NCBI GenBank assembly: GCA_023247445.1
Contig: JAHFGL010000002.1
Location: 64,553 to 128,552, forward strand
Source of the DNA: Candidatus Omnitrophota bacterium
GTDB taxonomy: Bacteria; Omnitrophota; Gorgyraeia; Zapsychrales; Zapsychraceae
DNA: 64,000 nucleotides
Reading direction: 5' to 3'
Position 1 is the first letter of the stretch, and each line of letters opens with the position of its first letter. Positions 28,019 to 38,059 of this stretch are shown piece after piece. The position numbers and the translations under genes are program-made. A model generated the notes under the pieces. The model had not been told where the DNA came from, searched no databases, and saw nothing but the letters and a program-made list of their open reading frames with translations.

Positions 28019-28585
28019 ATGAGCGCTAACCTTAAGAAAAATAAAATTTGGTTATTCTTCAAACGATTGTTTATTGTTTTTACTTTGCTAGTATTTTTGT
28101 GCGGATTTTTAAGTTGGTATGCAATCACGCATTTGATGGACAGTAAAGAGCCACGCGTTTGTTTTTTGTATACGCAGAAATATCCTTTTCCCGATATTTT
28201 ATTTAAGATAAGTGCGGTTCCCTTGGCGCTAACTTCTTATGTTGTTTACAGAAAAGATGTTTTTAAGATTGATGCCCTGCGTTGGCCTAGAGTTTTGGAA
28301 GCCTTTAAGAAGGCCGAGTTTCTTATTATCGGAACACATGGTGAGAATGGTGATTTTCTGACGGATGACAATGTTTGGATCCAACCCAATGGTGAGATTC
28401 ATCCACAGCTTAAATTTCTTTATTTTGGTTCGTGCGATATTGGGAGAAAGCAAGCACAGTGGCAACGCAAGTTTCCTCAAGCAACCCTCAAAAGCGTTAA
28501 TCGCCTTTATAATCCAAAAGAAGGCGGAGTCTACATGGTGTTTCAGTCAAGTCTCGATCTTATTCGAATGAAAATGACAAAGTAA
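28019..28585 (+). CDS. Membrane-anchored hypothetical protein with a possible caspase-fold His/Cys dyad
   Basis: N-terminal TM; FLIIGTHG and FLYFGSC motifs; stop overlaps the next start. Confidence 0.6.
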   Translation: MSANLKKNKIWLFFKRLFIVFTLLVFLCGFLSWYAITHLMDSKEPRVCFLYTQKYPFPDILFKISAVPLALTSYVVYRKDVFKIDALRWPRVLEAFKKAEFLIIGTHGENGDFLTDDNVWIQPNGEIHPQLKFLYFGSCDIGRKQAQWQRKFPQATLKSVNRLYNPKEGGVYMVFQSSLDLIRMKMTK

Positions 28586-30246
28586 TGAAAACAACTTTCT
28601 TCCCATCCATAGTCCGGCAAAAAATAACCGTATTGGTTTTTATTCTTCTGATCACATTCTTTGCTTTTTATCCATCGCTACGAAATGGTTTCTTCAATTG
28701 GGATGACTCAGCTTATCTAACAGAAAATGAAACGATCAGATCACTTGCGCCTGAAAATATTCATCGGATGTTTTCTGCGCCCGTTCAAAAGACGTATGTT
28801 CCGTTGACACTGGTGTCATATGCCATCGAGTACCATTTCTTTAAATACAATCCATTTGTTTATCACTTCAACAATTTATTTTTACATCTGAGTGTTGTCG
28901 CGCTCATTTTTGTATTTGCTCTGCAATGCGGACTTTCCTTGATGGCCGCAAGTTGCGCTGCTCTTTTGTTTGGCATTCACCCCATGCATGTCGAGTCTGT
29001 GGTCTGGGTAACGGAACGAAAAGATCTTCTGTATGCGCTTTTTTATATGCTAGCGCTGTGTTGTTATTGGAAATATTTAAAGTCGCGGCATCTGGGGACT
29101 TATTTTTTAACAATTGTCTTTGGGCTTTTGAGCATTTTGGCCAAACCCATGGCCCTTAGCTTGCCGTTGGTTTTATTTGTTTGCGACTGGTTATATAAGA
29201 GAAAGTTTGATCGTTGGTTGTTCATCGATAAATTGCCACATTTGTTTTATATTGTTCCGATTGCGTGGATGACATACAGCTTGCATGCGCGCGTGCCAGG
29301 ACACAACTTTTCCGACGGGATTTTGATCTGGATATGGACGTTTACCTTTTATCTGCAGAAATTTATTTGGCCCAGCGTTATTATTCTTCCGTATCAATTA
29401 CCAAAGCCTATTGACTTGTTTTCTGTCCCGTATTTGTCAGCGATTAGTTTGTTGTTTATGGTTTTGTTTTTATTGCTTTCTTTAAGAAAAAATCGCTGGA
29501 TTGTCTTTGCCTTTTTATTTTATTTTGTCTCAATATTTTTTCTCCTTAGATACGATGATCTTAAAGATGCGCACATCGTGGCCAATCGGTTCATGTATTT
29601 GCCAAGTTTAGGAATTTGTTTTCTTTTTGGTGCGATTATTGATGGGCTGATCAGAAAGCAAAAGTACGTAACGATGATCGCGGTCATCTTTTTGATAGGA
29701 ATCCTAGGGGCAAAGACATATTTTCTAACCACGAAGTGGAAAGACAGTTGGACTTGGTGGAATTATGTTTTAAAACAATCGCCTAATGAAGAGAAGGCCT
29801 ATTCGAGTCGTGGGATGGTTTATGCGGCAAACAAAGAATACAGCTTCGCACTAGCGGATTATGACAAGGCCCTGCAACTAAATCCTGATTATGCGGTTGC
29901 TTATTATAACCGCGGAAATATATATCGCGATCAAGGCCATTATGATTTAGCTATTTCTGATTATACAAAGGCCATCGAAAATGATCCTTCACGTGTCGAT
30001 TTTTATCAAAATCGGGCTGCGTGTTATTTTAAAAAGGAAGAGTTTGATCTAGCTGAAAAAGATTTGACCATGGCAATAACCGTTGATCCACATTACGCCA
30101 AGTCTTATTACAATCGATCTATTCTGTATCAGACAAAAAATGATTTTAAAAAAGCGTTGGCTGATGCCTTACAGGCAAAGTTTCTTGGTTATCCCAAAAT
30201 TGATGATCGCTATATCTCTGAATTAAAAGTTCGCGCAGGATTGTAG
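28585..30246 (+). CDS. TMTC-like GT-C glycosyltransferase with C-terminal TPRs
   Basis: NWDD..YLTEN, YHFNNLFLH, LFGIHPMHVESVVWVTERKDLL, LAKPMA, ANRFMYLPS, followed by about 4 TPRs. Confidence 0.85.
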   Translation: MKTTFFPSIVRQKITVLVFILLITFFAFYPSLRNGFFNWDDSAYLTENETIRSLAPENIHRMFSAPVQKTYVPLTLVSYAIEYHFFKYNPFVYHFNNLFLHLSVVALIFVFALQCGLSLMAASCAALLFGIHPMHVESVVWVTERKDLLYALFYMLALCCYWKYLKSRHLGTYFLTIVFGLLSILAKPMALSLPLVLFVCDWLYKRKFDRWLFIDKLPHLFYIVPIAWMTYSLHARVPGHNFSDGILIWIWTFTFYLQKFIWPSVIILPYQLPKPIDLFSVPYLSAISLLFMVLFLLLSLRKNRWIVFAFLFYFVSIFFLLRYDDLKDAHIVANRFMYLPSLGICFLFGAIIDGLIRKQKYVTMIAVIFLIGILGAKTYFLTTKWKDSWTWWNYVLKQSPNEEKAYSSRGMVYAANKEYSFALADYDKALQLNPDYAVAYYNRGNIYRDQGHYDLAISDYTKAIENDPSRVDFYQNRAACYFKKEEFDLAEKDLTMAITVDPHYAKSYYNRSILYQTKNDFKKALADALQAKFLGYPKIDDRYISELKVRAGL

Positions 30247-30424
30247 TTTTTGGATCAAAGGTTAAGACAATTCATTGACTACAAAAATCATTTATGTTAT
30301 CCCTCGTTTCATTAAATTTGTAATATTTAAAGTAAATTTAGTTTGAGAAAGGCGAGGGATAATACCGCGCTCTTCTAAAATTAAATATTGCAAATATTTT
30401 GAAGCGCGGTATAGTTTATTGCCC

Positions 30425-31114
30425 ATGATTAAGGATAATGTTTTACGTGTTAAAGACCAGGTTGCTGCCGTTTGTAAACGCATTGGCCGCGATCCTCATG
30501 AGGTGACGGTTGTTGCGGTCACCAAGTATGCCGAGGCGCCTTTGATGAAGGAAGCCGTGGATGCTGGACTTACTGTTGTTGGTGAAAATCGTGTCCAGGA
30601 GGTAGAGCGGAAATTTCCGCAGCTGGATGCGATGAACGTCAAGGTTTCGAAACATTTGATTGGGCATCTGCAGACCAATAAAGTTAAGCTGGCGCTGCAA
30701 TATTGTGATCTTATCCAATCGGTCGATAGTTTTAAATTAGCCCAAGAGATCGAAAAACAAGCCGCCAAAATTAATCGTAACATGGATATTTTTGTGCAGG
30801 TGAGCACCTCAGGTGAGGAGCAAAAATTTGGAGTTGAACATGTTGAGGCGATCGCGCTCGTTGAAGAGATTGCAAAGCTCCCGCATGTTTTTATTAAGGG
30901 TTTGATGACGATGGCGCCGCTAACGGAAGATAAGGAAATTGTTCGAAAGTGCTTTCGAGATCTGCGGATTATTCGTGATGAACTTAAGAATAAGTTTTCT
31001 AACTCAGATAAGATTCAGATGAAATATTTATCTATGGGTATGTCATCGGATTATGAAATTGCACTTGAAGAAGGATCGAATATGCTTCGTATTGGTTCGG
31101 CTATTTTTAAATAG
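30425..31114 (+). CDS. yggS: PLP homeostasis protein YggS
   Basis: VAVTKY, GENRVQE, HLIGHLQTNKVK, GLMTMAP, LSMGMSSDY, RIGSAIF. Confidence 0.95.
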   Translation: MIKDNVLRVKDQVAAVCKRIGRDPHEVTVVAVTKYAEAPLMKEAVDAGLTVVGENRVQEVERKFPQLDAMNVKVSKHLIGHLQTNKVKLALQYCDLIQSVDSFKLAQEIEKQAAKINRNMDIFVQVSTSGEEQKFGVEHVEAIALVEEIAKLPHVFIKGLMTMAPLTEDKEIVRKCFRDLRIIRDELKNKFSNSDKIQMKYLSMGMSSDYEIALEEGSNMLRIGSAIFK

Positions 31115-31123
31115 GATATAAAA

Positions 31124-31912
31124 ATGAAGAATAAAATTAGTATCATCGGTGGCGGAAATATGGGTACGGCGATTTTAAGCGGGATCCAAAGAAAATTTGC
31201 TGTGTCTATTTGTGAAAAAGATGCCAAGCGCGGCCAATATTTAAAGAAGAAATTTAAAGTTGCAGTTGATGACGTACAATCGGTGGTCACTAAATCGGGT
31301 GTCATTATTTTGGCGGTTAAGCCGCAGGACTTTGATCAGATTTTAGCGGAAGTTCGGCCATTTATTAACAAAGATAAACTTGTTATCTCAATCGCGGCTG
31401 GGATTCCAACGCTATATATAGAGAAGAGACTTGGGGCAAAGGTCAGAGTGATTCGCACAATGCCAAATTTGCCAGCGCAAATTGGTGAAGGGATGACCGG
31501 AATTTGTAAGGGAAAATGGGCGAGTAGTGCTGACTTAAGTTTGGCTTGTAAGATTTTTAACAATATCGGACAAACGGTTATCGTAGAAGAGAAATGGATT
31601 GATGCGATCACAGCCGTTTCGGGCAGCGGTCCGGCGTACGTATTTCTTTTTGTCGAATGCTTTATCAAAGCCGCGCGGGCATTAGGGTTTGATGAAAAAC
31701 AAAGTAAGCAATTGGTTGCGCAGACCATTCATGGAAGTTTGAATTTGCTAGAGAGCCAAAATGAAGAGGCGGGTGTTTTGCGCAGTCGTGTGACGTCCAA
31801 AGGGGGAACAACGCAGGCCGCGATGGATGTGTTTTTTAGACGAGATATTGAGGGAATTTTTGTTGAGGCGCTGACGGCCGCTCAACATAGAGCTAAGCAG
31901 CTATCTAAGTAA
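31124..31912 (+). CDS. proC: Pyrroline-5-carboxylate reductase
   Basis: IGGGNMG, LAVKPQ, SIAAG, RTMPN, TAVSGSGPAY, VTSKGGTT. Confidence 0.96.
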   Translation: MKNKISIIGGGNMGTAILSGIQRKFAVSICEKDAKRGQYLKKKFKVAVDDVQSVVTKSGVIILAVKPQDFDQILAEVRPFINKDKLVISIAAGIPTLYIEKRLGAKVRVIRTMPNLPAQIGEGMTGICKGKWASSADLSLACKIFNNIGQTVIVEEKWIDAITAVSGSGPAYVFLFVECFIKAARALGFDEKQSKQLVAQTIHGSLNLLESQNEEAGVLRSRVTSKGGTTQAAMDVFFRRDIEGIFVEALTAAQHRAKQLSK

Positions 31913-31913
31913 A

Positions 31914-31965
31914 TGTCATCCCCGTGAAAACGGAGATCTAGATACCCGCTTTCGCGGGTATGACA
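31914..31965. repeat. REP-like palindrome, GTCATCCCCG class
   Basis: tgtcatccccgtgaaaacggagatc-ta-gatacccgctttcgcgggtatgaca. Confidence 0.85.
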
Positions 31966-31984
31966 GAATATAGGAGAATGTGAA

Positions 31985-32845
31985 ATGAGTAAAGTCGGTA
32001 TCATCGGTGGCAGCGGACTCTACGACATCGAAGGAATAAAGAATATTAAAGAGAAGGAAGTTAAGACTCCTTTTGGTGATCCTTCTGATAAATATATTAC
32101 GGGGACGCTTGAAGGCGTTGATGTTGTTTTCTTGCCGCGACATGGCAAAGGGCATCGTATCTCACCAAGCGAAATTAATTATCGAGCCAATATTTTTGGA
32201 ATGAAAAGTTTAGGCGTTGACGCGATTCTTTCTGTTTCAGCTTGTGGAAGTTTACGACGAAAGATGCAACCGATGGATTTTGTCGTTCCTGATCAATTTG
32301 TTGATCGTACGAATCATGCCCGCGAGATGACATTTTTTTCTGGCGGAATTGTGGCGCATGTGGCCTTAGCTGATCCGATTTCATCGGAATTGGCGAAAAT
32401 TTTAATTGATGCTGGGAAGAAAGTGGGCGTTACGATTCATCCCAAGGGCACATATATTAATATGGAAGGCCCGCAATTTTCGACGAAAGCGGAATCGAAT
32501 CTTTATCGCAGCTGGGGCATGGATATTATTGGGATGACGAATATGGGCGAGGCAAAGCTCGCGCGTGAAGCTGAGATTTCTTATGCGACGCTCGCCGCTG
32601 TGACTGATTACGATTGTTGGCATGAGTCGCATGAATCGGTGACATTGGAAATGATTCTCAATAACCTTAATAAAAATGTCGCTAACTCAAAAGCGATTTT
32701 AAAACTCGCGATCCCACAGATTGGGAAGCTTAAGAAATTTAGTGCCCAGGGCGCTTTGCAATTTGCGATTGTTACAAATCGAGATTTGATTCCAGCGAAG
32801 GTGAAGAAGGATTTAGAGCCGATTATTGGAAAATATATTAAGTAG
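31985..32845 (+). CDS. mtnP: S-methyl-5'-thioadenosine phosphorylase
   Basis: GIIGGSGLY, TPFGDPS, LPRHG..H, NYRANI, EGPQFSTKAES, GMTN, VTDYDCW. Confidence 0.93.
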   Translation: MSKVGIIGGSGLYDIEGIKNIKEKEVKTPFGDPSDKYITGTLEGVDVVFLPRHGKGHRISPSEINYRANIFGMKSLGVDAILSVSACGSLRRKMQPMDFVVPDQFVDRTNHAREMTFFSGGIVAHVALADPISSELAKILIDAGKKVGVTIHPKGTYINMEGPQFSTKAESNLYRSWGMDIIGMTNMGEAKLAREAEISYATLAAVTDYDCWHESHESVTLEMILNNLNKNVANSKAILKLAIPQIGKLKKFSAQGALQFAIVTNRDLIPAKVKKDLEPIIGKYIK

Positions 32846-32932
32846 GTTATGGGGAATAGGGTATAGGTGCTAGTTGAAGTTATTTTAACTAAAATCTTTT
32901 AAACCCTAAACCCTAAATCCTAAACCCTAAAA
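32846..32932. repeat. Heptamer tandem array (aaaccct)4 with a G-rich partial complement upstream
   Basis: aaaccct aaaccct aaatcct aaaccct at 32901-32928 directly before the ileS ATG; upstream atggggaatagggtatagg. Confidence 0.75.
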
Positions 32933-35746
32933 ATGGATTATCAGAAAACACTTAACTTGCCCCAAACCGACTTTGCGATGAAGGCAAATCTTGCCCAACG
33001 TGAACCACTTCTTTTAGAGAAGTGGAACAAAGAAGGTTTGTATGATGCCATTAAGAAAAAGTCCGCCGGCAAAAAGAAATTTACGCTGCATGACGGCCCA
33101 CCGTATGCCAATGGTAATATCCATATTGGCCATGCTTTAAATAAAATTTTAAAAGATATGATTGTTAAAGTGCGCACCATGCAAGGCTACGACAGCCATT
33201 ATGTTCCGGGCTGGGATTGTCATGGGTTGCCGATTGAGCATCAGCTTTTAAAAGACTTAAAGAAAAGAAAGTCCGATGTTGATTGCGTTGAGTTTCGAAA
33301 GCAAGCGCATGATTATGCGATGAAATACGTCGGCATTCAGCGTGATCAATTTAAGCGTTTGGGTATTCTGGGCGAATGGGATCATCCGTATCTGACACTT
33401 TCGCATGATTATGAATATTGGATTTTAAAATCGCTCGAGGCGCTTAATAGCAAAGGCTATGTTTATCGTGGATTAAAGCCGGTCAATTGGTGCTTTAGCT
33501 GTGAGACCGCGCTCGCTGAGGCCGAAGTCGAATACGAAGATCACAGCTCGCCGTCGGTTTATGTGAAGTTTGAAGTGAATAATAAAAAAGTTATTGAAGG
33601 CCTGCCGGATAAAAAATTATCGCTTCTTATTTGGACGACAACACCGTGGACGCTTATGGCGAACGTCGCGGTTAGTGTTCATTCTAGCTTTAAATATTCT
33701 TTAGTCGACATCGGTGATGAAATTCTCGTCATTGAAAGCAGCTTATTAGACGCGGTTCTTGCCAAAGCCAATATTACAAACTTTAAAATTTTAAAAGAAG
33801 TTAGTGGTGAGCAATTAACAAAGTTTTTGTATAAACATCCATTTGGATTGCGGGAAAATTGTCGAGTTGTTTTGGCTGATTATGTAACCAAAGAAGACGG
33901 CACCGGTTTAGTTCACACGGCCCCTGGTCATGGACAAGAAGATTTTCGAACAGGACAAGCGAATAAATTAGAAGTTATCATGCCCGTCAATGGCCGCGGG
34001 ATTTATACCGAGCAGGCAGGGGTTTATGCTGGCGAACATGTTTTAAAGGCAAACGATAAGATTATTGAAGATTTGAAACAAAAGGGTGTGCTTCTTGCGA
34101 CGGAAAAAATAAATCATTCATATCCACATTGCTGGCGATGCAAAAATCCAATTATCTTTCGCGCGACCGAACAATGGTTTATGAATGTTGATCATAATGA
34201 TCTGCGTAGCAAGATTAAAGATATTATCAAGCGCGATGTGAAATGGATTCCAGAGGCGGGAGAAGAACGCATTTTAGGAATGATTGTCACGCGTCCTGAT
34301 TGGTGTTTGTCTCGTCAGCGATATTGGGGTGTTCCGATTCCGGCGCTCGATTGTAAGACGTGCAAAGAGCATAAATTATTTTCAGAAGTCATTGATAGCT
34401 TCGCTTCCGTTGTCAAAACGCAGGGAACCAATGCCTGGTTTGAAAAAGATGTGAAAGAGCTTTTGCCGAAAGATTTTGTTTGCCCCAAGTGTAAGAAAAA
34501 TGATTTTGAAAAGACATTTGATATCCTTGATGTCTGGTTTGATTCAGGCGTCAGTCATCAGGCGGTTGTTAAGGCGATGTTGGGCGAAGAGATTCCAACG
34601 AACATGTATTTGGAAGGGTCGGATCAGCATCGTGGATGGTTTCAATCTTCGCTTATCCCAGCGGTTGCCATCGAAGGTAAGGCCCCGTTTAAAGAAGTTT
34701 TAACGCATGGATTTGTTGTTGATGGCCAAGGACGCAAGATGTCGAAGTCTCTGGGCAATGTTGTTTCGCCACATGACATCATCAAAGATTGTGGCGCGGA
34801 CATCTTGCGTTTGTGGGTGGCCTCAAGTTCGTACAACGAAGATATCCGTATCTCCAAGGAAATCTTGGATCGATTAATTGATGCGTATCGTAAGATCCGT
34901 AATACATTCCGTTATCTATTAAGTAATCTGTCTGGCTTTAACCCCGCCACGGATTTGCTCGATTATTCAAAGCTTTTAGATATTGATAAGCGGGCGCTGT
35001 ATCATTTATCGCTGATGTTGGAAGAGGTTGAGCAGCAATATAATGCGTATGAGTTTGCGCAGGTGTATAAGAGCATTTATAGCTTTTTTAATGAAGAGCT
35101 CTCCAGCTTTTATCTTGACATCCTAAAAGATCGCCTGTATACTTCACCCGCTCAATCTCAGGAAAGACGTTCGGCACAGACTGTTCTTTATTATATTCTC
35201 AATTATGTCGTCAGGGTTCTAGCTCCGATTTTGAGTTTCACATGCGATGAAGTTTTCGCGAGCATGCCCAAAGACGATGACATCAAAAATATCCCAAGCG
35301 TTCATCTTTTGCCGTTACTTTCGATTCCCAAAGAATGGAAAGACAATAGTTTCGATGAACGGTTTAAAACTTTGATCAGTTTAAGGCCGTATGTTTTAAA
35401 GGCTTTGGAAGATAAACGTCGTAGCGGAGAGATTGGTGGGGCGCTGGAAGCAAAAGTTGTTTTTGAAACGGCCAGTGACCGTGATTTTGATTATTTGAGC
35501 GCCAATAAAGAAATTCTTTTATCTATATTTATTGTTTCGCAGGCAGAAATTAGTCGTGCTTCGCAAGTAACTCAAGGCTTAAGCGAAGAGTTTACGCAAA
35601 CAAGTATTGTCATTAAAAAGGCCGATGGCCAAAAGTGTAGTCGGTGTTGGAATTATAAAATGGATGTTGGTCAAGATAACGAGCATCCGAGCCTTTGTGG
35701 TCGGTGTACATCAATTGTAAAGGAGCTTGTTCATGGTGCAAGTTAA
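32933..35746 (+). CDS. ileS: Isoleucyl-tRNA synthetase (type 1)
   Basis: HDGPPYANG.IHIGH, GWDCHGLPIE, WCLSRQRYWG, EGSDQHRGWF, KMSKS, C-terminal CSRCW zinc finger. Confidence 0.98.
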   Translation: MDYQKTLNLPQTDFAMKANLAQREPLLLEKWNKEGLYDAIKKKSAGKKKFTLHDGPPYANGNIHIGHALNKILKDMIVKVRTMQGYDSHYVPGWDCHGLPIEHQLLKDLKKRKSDVDCVEFRKQAHDYAMKYVGIQRDQFKRLGILGEWDHPYLTLSHDYEYWILKSLEALNSKGYVYRGLKPVNWCFSCETALAEAEVEYEDHSSPSVYVKFEVNNKKVIEGLPDKKLSLLIWTTTPWTLMANVAVSVHSSFKYSLVDIGDEILVIESSLLDAVLAKANITNFKILKEVSGEQLTKFLYKHPFGLRENCRVVLADYVTKEDGTGLVHTAPGHGQEDFRTGQANKLEVIMPVNGRGIYTEQAGVYAGEHVLKANDKIIEDLKQKGVLLATEKINHSYPHCWRCKNPIIFRATEQWFMNVDHNDLRSKIKDIIKRDVKWIPEAGEERILGMIVTRPDWCLSRQRYWGVPIPALDCKTCKEHKLFSEVIDSFASVVKTQGTNAWFEKDVKELLPKDFVCPKCKKNDFEKTFDILDVWFDSGVSHQAVVKAMLGEEIPTNMYLEGSDQHRGWFQSSLIPAVAIEGKAPFKEVLTHGFVVDGQGRKMSKSLGNVVSPHDIIKDCGADILRLWVASSSYNEDIRISKEILDRLIDAYRKIRNTFRYLLSNLSGFNPATDLLDYSKLLDIDKRALYHLSLMLEEVEQQYNAYEFAQVYKSIYSFFNEELSSFYLDILKDRLYTSPAQSQERRSAQTVLYYILNYVVRVLAPILSFTCDEVFASMPKDDDIKNIPSVHLLPLLSIPKEWKDNSFDERFKTLISLRPYVLKALEDKRRSGEIGGALEAKVVFETASDRDFDYLSANKEILLSIFIVSQAEISRASQVTQGLSEEFTQTSIVIKKADGQKCSRCWNYKMDVGQDNEHPSLCGRCTSIVKELVHGAS

Positions 35747-36116
35747 GTTAGATAAGAAAAAATTAGAACATTACAAGAAGCTTCTTTTGAAGTTAAAGGA
35801 AAAATTTTCTCATGACATTAATAATATGTCCAAGAATTCCGGTGGACAGGATTCCGATATTGAAGAAAATGCTGGCCATGTTCAGCATATGGCGGATGTT
35901 GCAACAGACATGTATGATCGTGAATTTAATTTAGGGTTAGCTTCGAATGAACGTGAAGTTCTTCATAAGATTGAAGTCGCATTAAAGAAGATCGCGGATA
36001 AATCTTACGGATTATGTGAGGACTGCAAGAAATCAATTGCGGCGGCACGGTTAAATGCCATTCCTTACGTAGAAACCTGTTTAAAGTGTCAAGAAAAACT
36101 TGAATCGCAAAAATGA
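35733..36116 (+). CDS. TraR/DksA-family C4 zinc-finger protein
   Basis: HMADVAT coiled-coil tip; YGLCEDC...RLNAIPYVETCLKCQ. Confidence 0.9.
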   Translation: MVQVKLDKKKLEHYKKLLLKLKEKFSHDINNMSKNSGGQDSDIEENAGHVQHMADVATDMYDREFNLGLASNEREVLHKIEVALKKIADKSYGLCEDCKKSIAAARLNAIPYVETCLKCQEKLESQK

Positions 36117-36595
36117 GAGATCTTGTTCGATCTCAGATTGACATCTTTCTTTCGCTGCTTACAACGTTTTCTGTTGTCCTCATTGACCGCATCACAAAAG
36201 TTTTCTTTTCTGATTTGCTTTTCTACGGAGAATCGCTACCGATCATTAGCAATGTTTTGCACATGACGTTGATTCATAATACAGGGATTGCTTTTGGCCT
36301 ATTTAAAGACCAAGGTATCGTATTTATCATTATTCCCGTCATCGCCATTGTTCTTCTTGTTTTTAACATTCAGTATTATCGACAAAATAATGAAGCTTTA
36401 AGCCGGGTCTATATCGTTGCTTTTTCTCTTATATTAGGAGGAGCTATTGGTAATTTAATTGATCGGATTGCCTTTGGTTATGTTATCGACTTTATTGATT
36501 TTCGTGTTTGGCCAGTTTTTAATATCGCGGATAGTGCGATCACTATTGGTGCTGTCATGATAGGACTCAAATGTTTCCGGTTATCTTCAAAATAG
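36113..36595 (+). CDS. lspA: Lipoprotein signal peptidase II
   Basis: DRITK, NTGIAFG, GGAIGNLIDR, VIDFID, FNIADSAI. Confidence 0.96.
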   Translation: MRDLVRSQIDIFLSLLTTFSVVLIDRITKVFFSDLLFYGESLPIISNVLHMTLIHNTGIAFGLFKDQGIVFIIIPVIAIVLLVFNIQYYRQNNEALSRVYIVAFSLILGGAIGNLIDRIAFGYVIDFIDFRVWPVFNIADSAITIGAVMIGLKCFRLSSK

Positions 36596-37329
36596 GTTCC
36601 TATTCAATTTATTCTTATGGCTTCATGTTAATTGTTGCCATTGCTCTTTGTATGCTGCTGTTTTATCGGGATGCCCGATCAGATGGGTTATCTAATAATA
36701 TTATTTTTAGTTTGGTCTCAGGTGTCCTTCTATGGAATATTTTAGGCGCACGCATTCTTTATTTATTACTTCATGTTGAAGATTTTTTAAGTCATCCATT
36801 AAAAATATTTATGGTTTACGATGGAGGATTTAATTGGCAGGGCGGATTTGTTGCAGGATGTGTCGCCGGTCTTTGGTTGACGAAGGTTAAGAATTTATCA
36901 TTCCCGAGAATGGCTGATTTGGTTGCACCTTATTATGCTTTGGGTGTCGCGGTTGCTCGCATTGGATGTTTTTTGAATGGATGTTGTTTCGGGAAGGAAG
37001 TTAGTTGGGGCGTGTATTGTCCGGTCTACAAAGCAACTTATATTCCGCTTCAACTTTATTATAGTGTCAGCCTTTTTATTCTTTATTGTTTTTTAAAATA
37101 TTATCAAAAGAAGTCCACGTTCCCGGGCCAAGTTTTTGTTTTATTTCTGATTTTGGATTCATTACTTAGGTTTTGTTTAGATTTTGTAAGTTTAGGATAT
37201 CATCCAATCTATCTTAAATTAAGTATCTATCAATGGATTACATTAAGTATTATAATAACGGCTATTATTCTTTACTTTTATTTTAAAAAGCGAAACGAAA
37301 GAGAAACCAATGTTTCCAGTCATTTGTAA
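36571..37329 (+). CDS. lgt: Prolipoprotein diacylglyceryl transferase paralog, divergent
   Basis: YSYG, GARILY, GGFNWQGG, ARIGCFLNGCCFG, IPLQLY. Confidence 0.75.
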   Translation: MFPVIFKIGSYSIYSYGFMLIVAIALCMLLFYRDARSDGLSNNIIFSLVSGVLLWNILGARILYLLLHVEDFLSHPLKIFMVYDGGFNWQGGFVAGCVAGLWLTKVKNLSFPRMADLVAPYYALGVAVARIGCFLNGCCFGKEVSWGVYCPVYKATYIPLQLYYSVSLFILYCFLKYYQKKSTFPGQVFVLFLILDSLLRFCLDFVSLGYHPIYLKLSIYQWITLSIIITAIILYFYFKKRNERETNVSSHL

Positions 37330-38059
37330 GATAGGCCCTGTAACTCTTTATTCATATGGTTTGATGCTGGCGATCGCTGTCATTGTCTGTAGCTTTATGG
37401 CGAGTCGGGATGCCAGAGCCGTTGGGATTAAAAGTGAACTCGTCCTTGACTTTATTTTCTGGCTCGTTTTTGCGGGAATTCTTGGGGCACGGCTATTTTA
37501 TATCGCTATTAATTTTAATTATTTTCGTGAGAATCCTTTAGAGATTATTATGATTCAGCATGGCGGCCTGGCCTGGCAGGGAGGATTTGTTTGTGCGACT
37601 CTTTCTAGCTTTTGGTTTACGCGTAAACATCGTTTATCGTGGCTGCAAATGGCTGATTTAATGGCGCCGTATATTGCCTTAGGCCAAGCGATTGGCCGTA
37701 TTGGTTGTTTTTTAAACGGTTGTTGTTATGGAAAGAAAATAATAAACAATGTTTTTCCATTGTTTAAGAATTCTTCTCTTCATCCCACGCAGCTGTATTT
37801 ATTCATCGGGCTTTTTACGATTTTTATTATTCTTAAACGTTATCAAAAAGCTGCGAAAATCCCTGGAGAAGTTTTTGTCTTATTTATGATTCTTGAACCT
37901 ATGTTAAGATTTTTTATTGAGTTTGTTCGGGCCGATCATGATGTTATTTACCGGGGTTTGAGTATCTATCAAATTGTTTGTTTAATCTTTATTTCGGTTG
38001 CTATTTATGTCTACACACGTCTTAAAAGTCGAGCCGCCAAGCATAAATCAGCGTCTTGA
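37310..38059 (+). CDS. lgt: Prolipoprotein diacylglyceryl transferase
   Basis: YSYG, GARLFY, GGLAWQGG, GRIGCFLNGCCYG, HPTQLY, RFFIEFVR. Confidence 0.92.
   Translation: MFPVICKIGPVTLYSYGLMLAIAVIVCSFMASRDARAVGIKSELVLDFIFWLVFAGILGARLFYIAINFNYFRENPLEIIMIQHGGLAWQGGFVCATLSSFWFTRKHRLSWLQMADLMAPYIALGQAIGRIGCFLNGCCYGKKIINNVFPLFKNSSLHPTQLYLFIGLFTIFIILKRYQKAAKIPGEVFVLFMILEPMLRFFIEFVRADHDVIYRGLSIYQIVCLIFISVAIYVYTRLKSRAAKHKSAS

Noticed and set aside
32901-32932. (AAACCCT)n as plant-type telomere or eukaryotic contamination
   Set aside because: Only four imperfect units embedded between bacterial mtnP and ileS; a related unit occurs at 4915
32846-32932. T-box riboswitch upstream of ileS
   Set aside because: The gap is under 90 nt, with no T-box consensus or terminator
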